Of a DNA stretch of 64,000 nucleotides, positions 63,548 through 64,000 are shown in pieces. The translations under genes and the position numbers were made by a program. How positions within the stretch are numbered: position 1 is the first letter of the stretch; every line of letters starts with the position of its first letter. Under the pieces are notes generated by a model, which had not been told where the DNA came from, ran no database searches, and saw nothing but the letters and a program-made list of their open reading frames with translations. Source of the stretch: Azolla caroliniana (lineage: Eukaryota; Plantae; Polypodiophyta); contig JBHGNT010000006.1 of the NCBI GenBank assembly GCA_043228905.1, positions 5,890,001 to 5,954,000 on the forward strand. The letters run 5' to 3'.

Positions 63548-64000
63548 CATATACTTGATGCCAAAAATGGCCATGGAGATCACAAACATGGGTAAATTCA
63601 AGTAATGCATGTTCTTCTGATTCTTTTCCCTTTCCTTCTTCAAGCCGGAGATGCGTGCATACATTAATATATCTTTGCAGTTCTTAATCCTAAACTATAT
63701 AATTTCTCGAGACCTCAGAATTGCTTGTTGTTGATATTGTGAACTTTATGTATGTATTTGTTATCATGTCACGTTGTGGTTCTTGTTCCTAAATGCAACA
63801 TTTTTCTTAAATGTGAAACTTTGTTTCTGATTCATGCTTATTTGATGTTAATCAAACTAAAAATATGAAATGTGTAATTGCAATGATGTTTCTTAACCTA
63901 GTGACTTAAGTATGAATTTGGTAATGGAATCAGATTTTCGTAATCGAGAGGCAATTATAAAAATTGGTGATGCAATTGATGAACTTTGTTGTTGATACTT

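Overview
AT-rich, intron-containing land-plant DNA, most likely from a seed-free plant such as a fern. This is inferred from the TMC gene, degenerate PLS-PPR copies, TE types and (GA)n density. Genes: a ~14.4 kb multi-exon TMC (transmembrane channel-like) gene (-, 3879-18325); a 7-exon JAZ/TIFY gene (-, 25385-28035); a 58-aa Ala-rich small ORF missed by the ORF track (+, 54993-55169); and an intronless P-class PPR gene (-, 57886-58944). The centre (33099-49836) is a fully resolvable nest of LTR retrotransposons: an RT-less Copia host (-) carrying a second Copia (+, 34871-40379, TSD GAGGT) and a Ty3/Gypsy (+, 41362-48290). The Gypsy has a tRNA-Trp PBS, a 4-bp TSD and a candidate -1 frameshift between protease and RT. 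The rest is LINE 3' fragments, PPR-derived retroposed fragments sharing one polyadenylated 3' end, tandem duplications and microsatellites. Most notable: the plant TMC with a knottin-like Cys loop, the PPR retrocopy family with a TSD/poly(A) signature, and the Gypsy frameshift architecture. All calls are by-eye reading; no searches were run.
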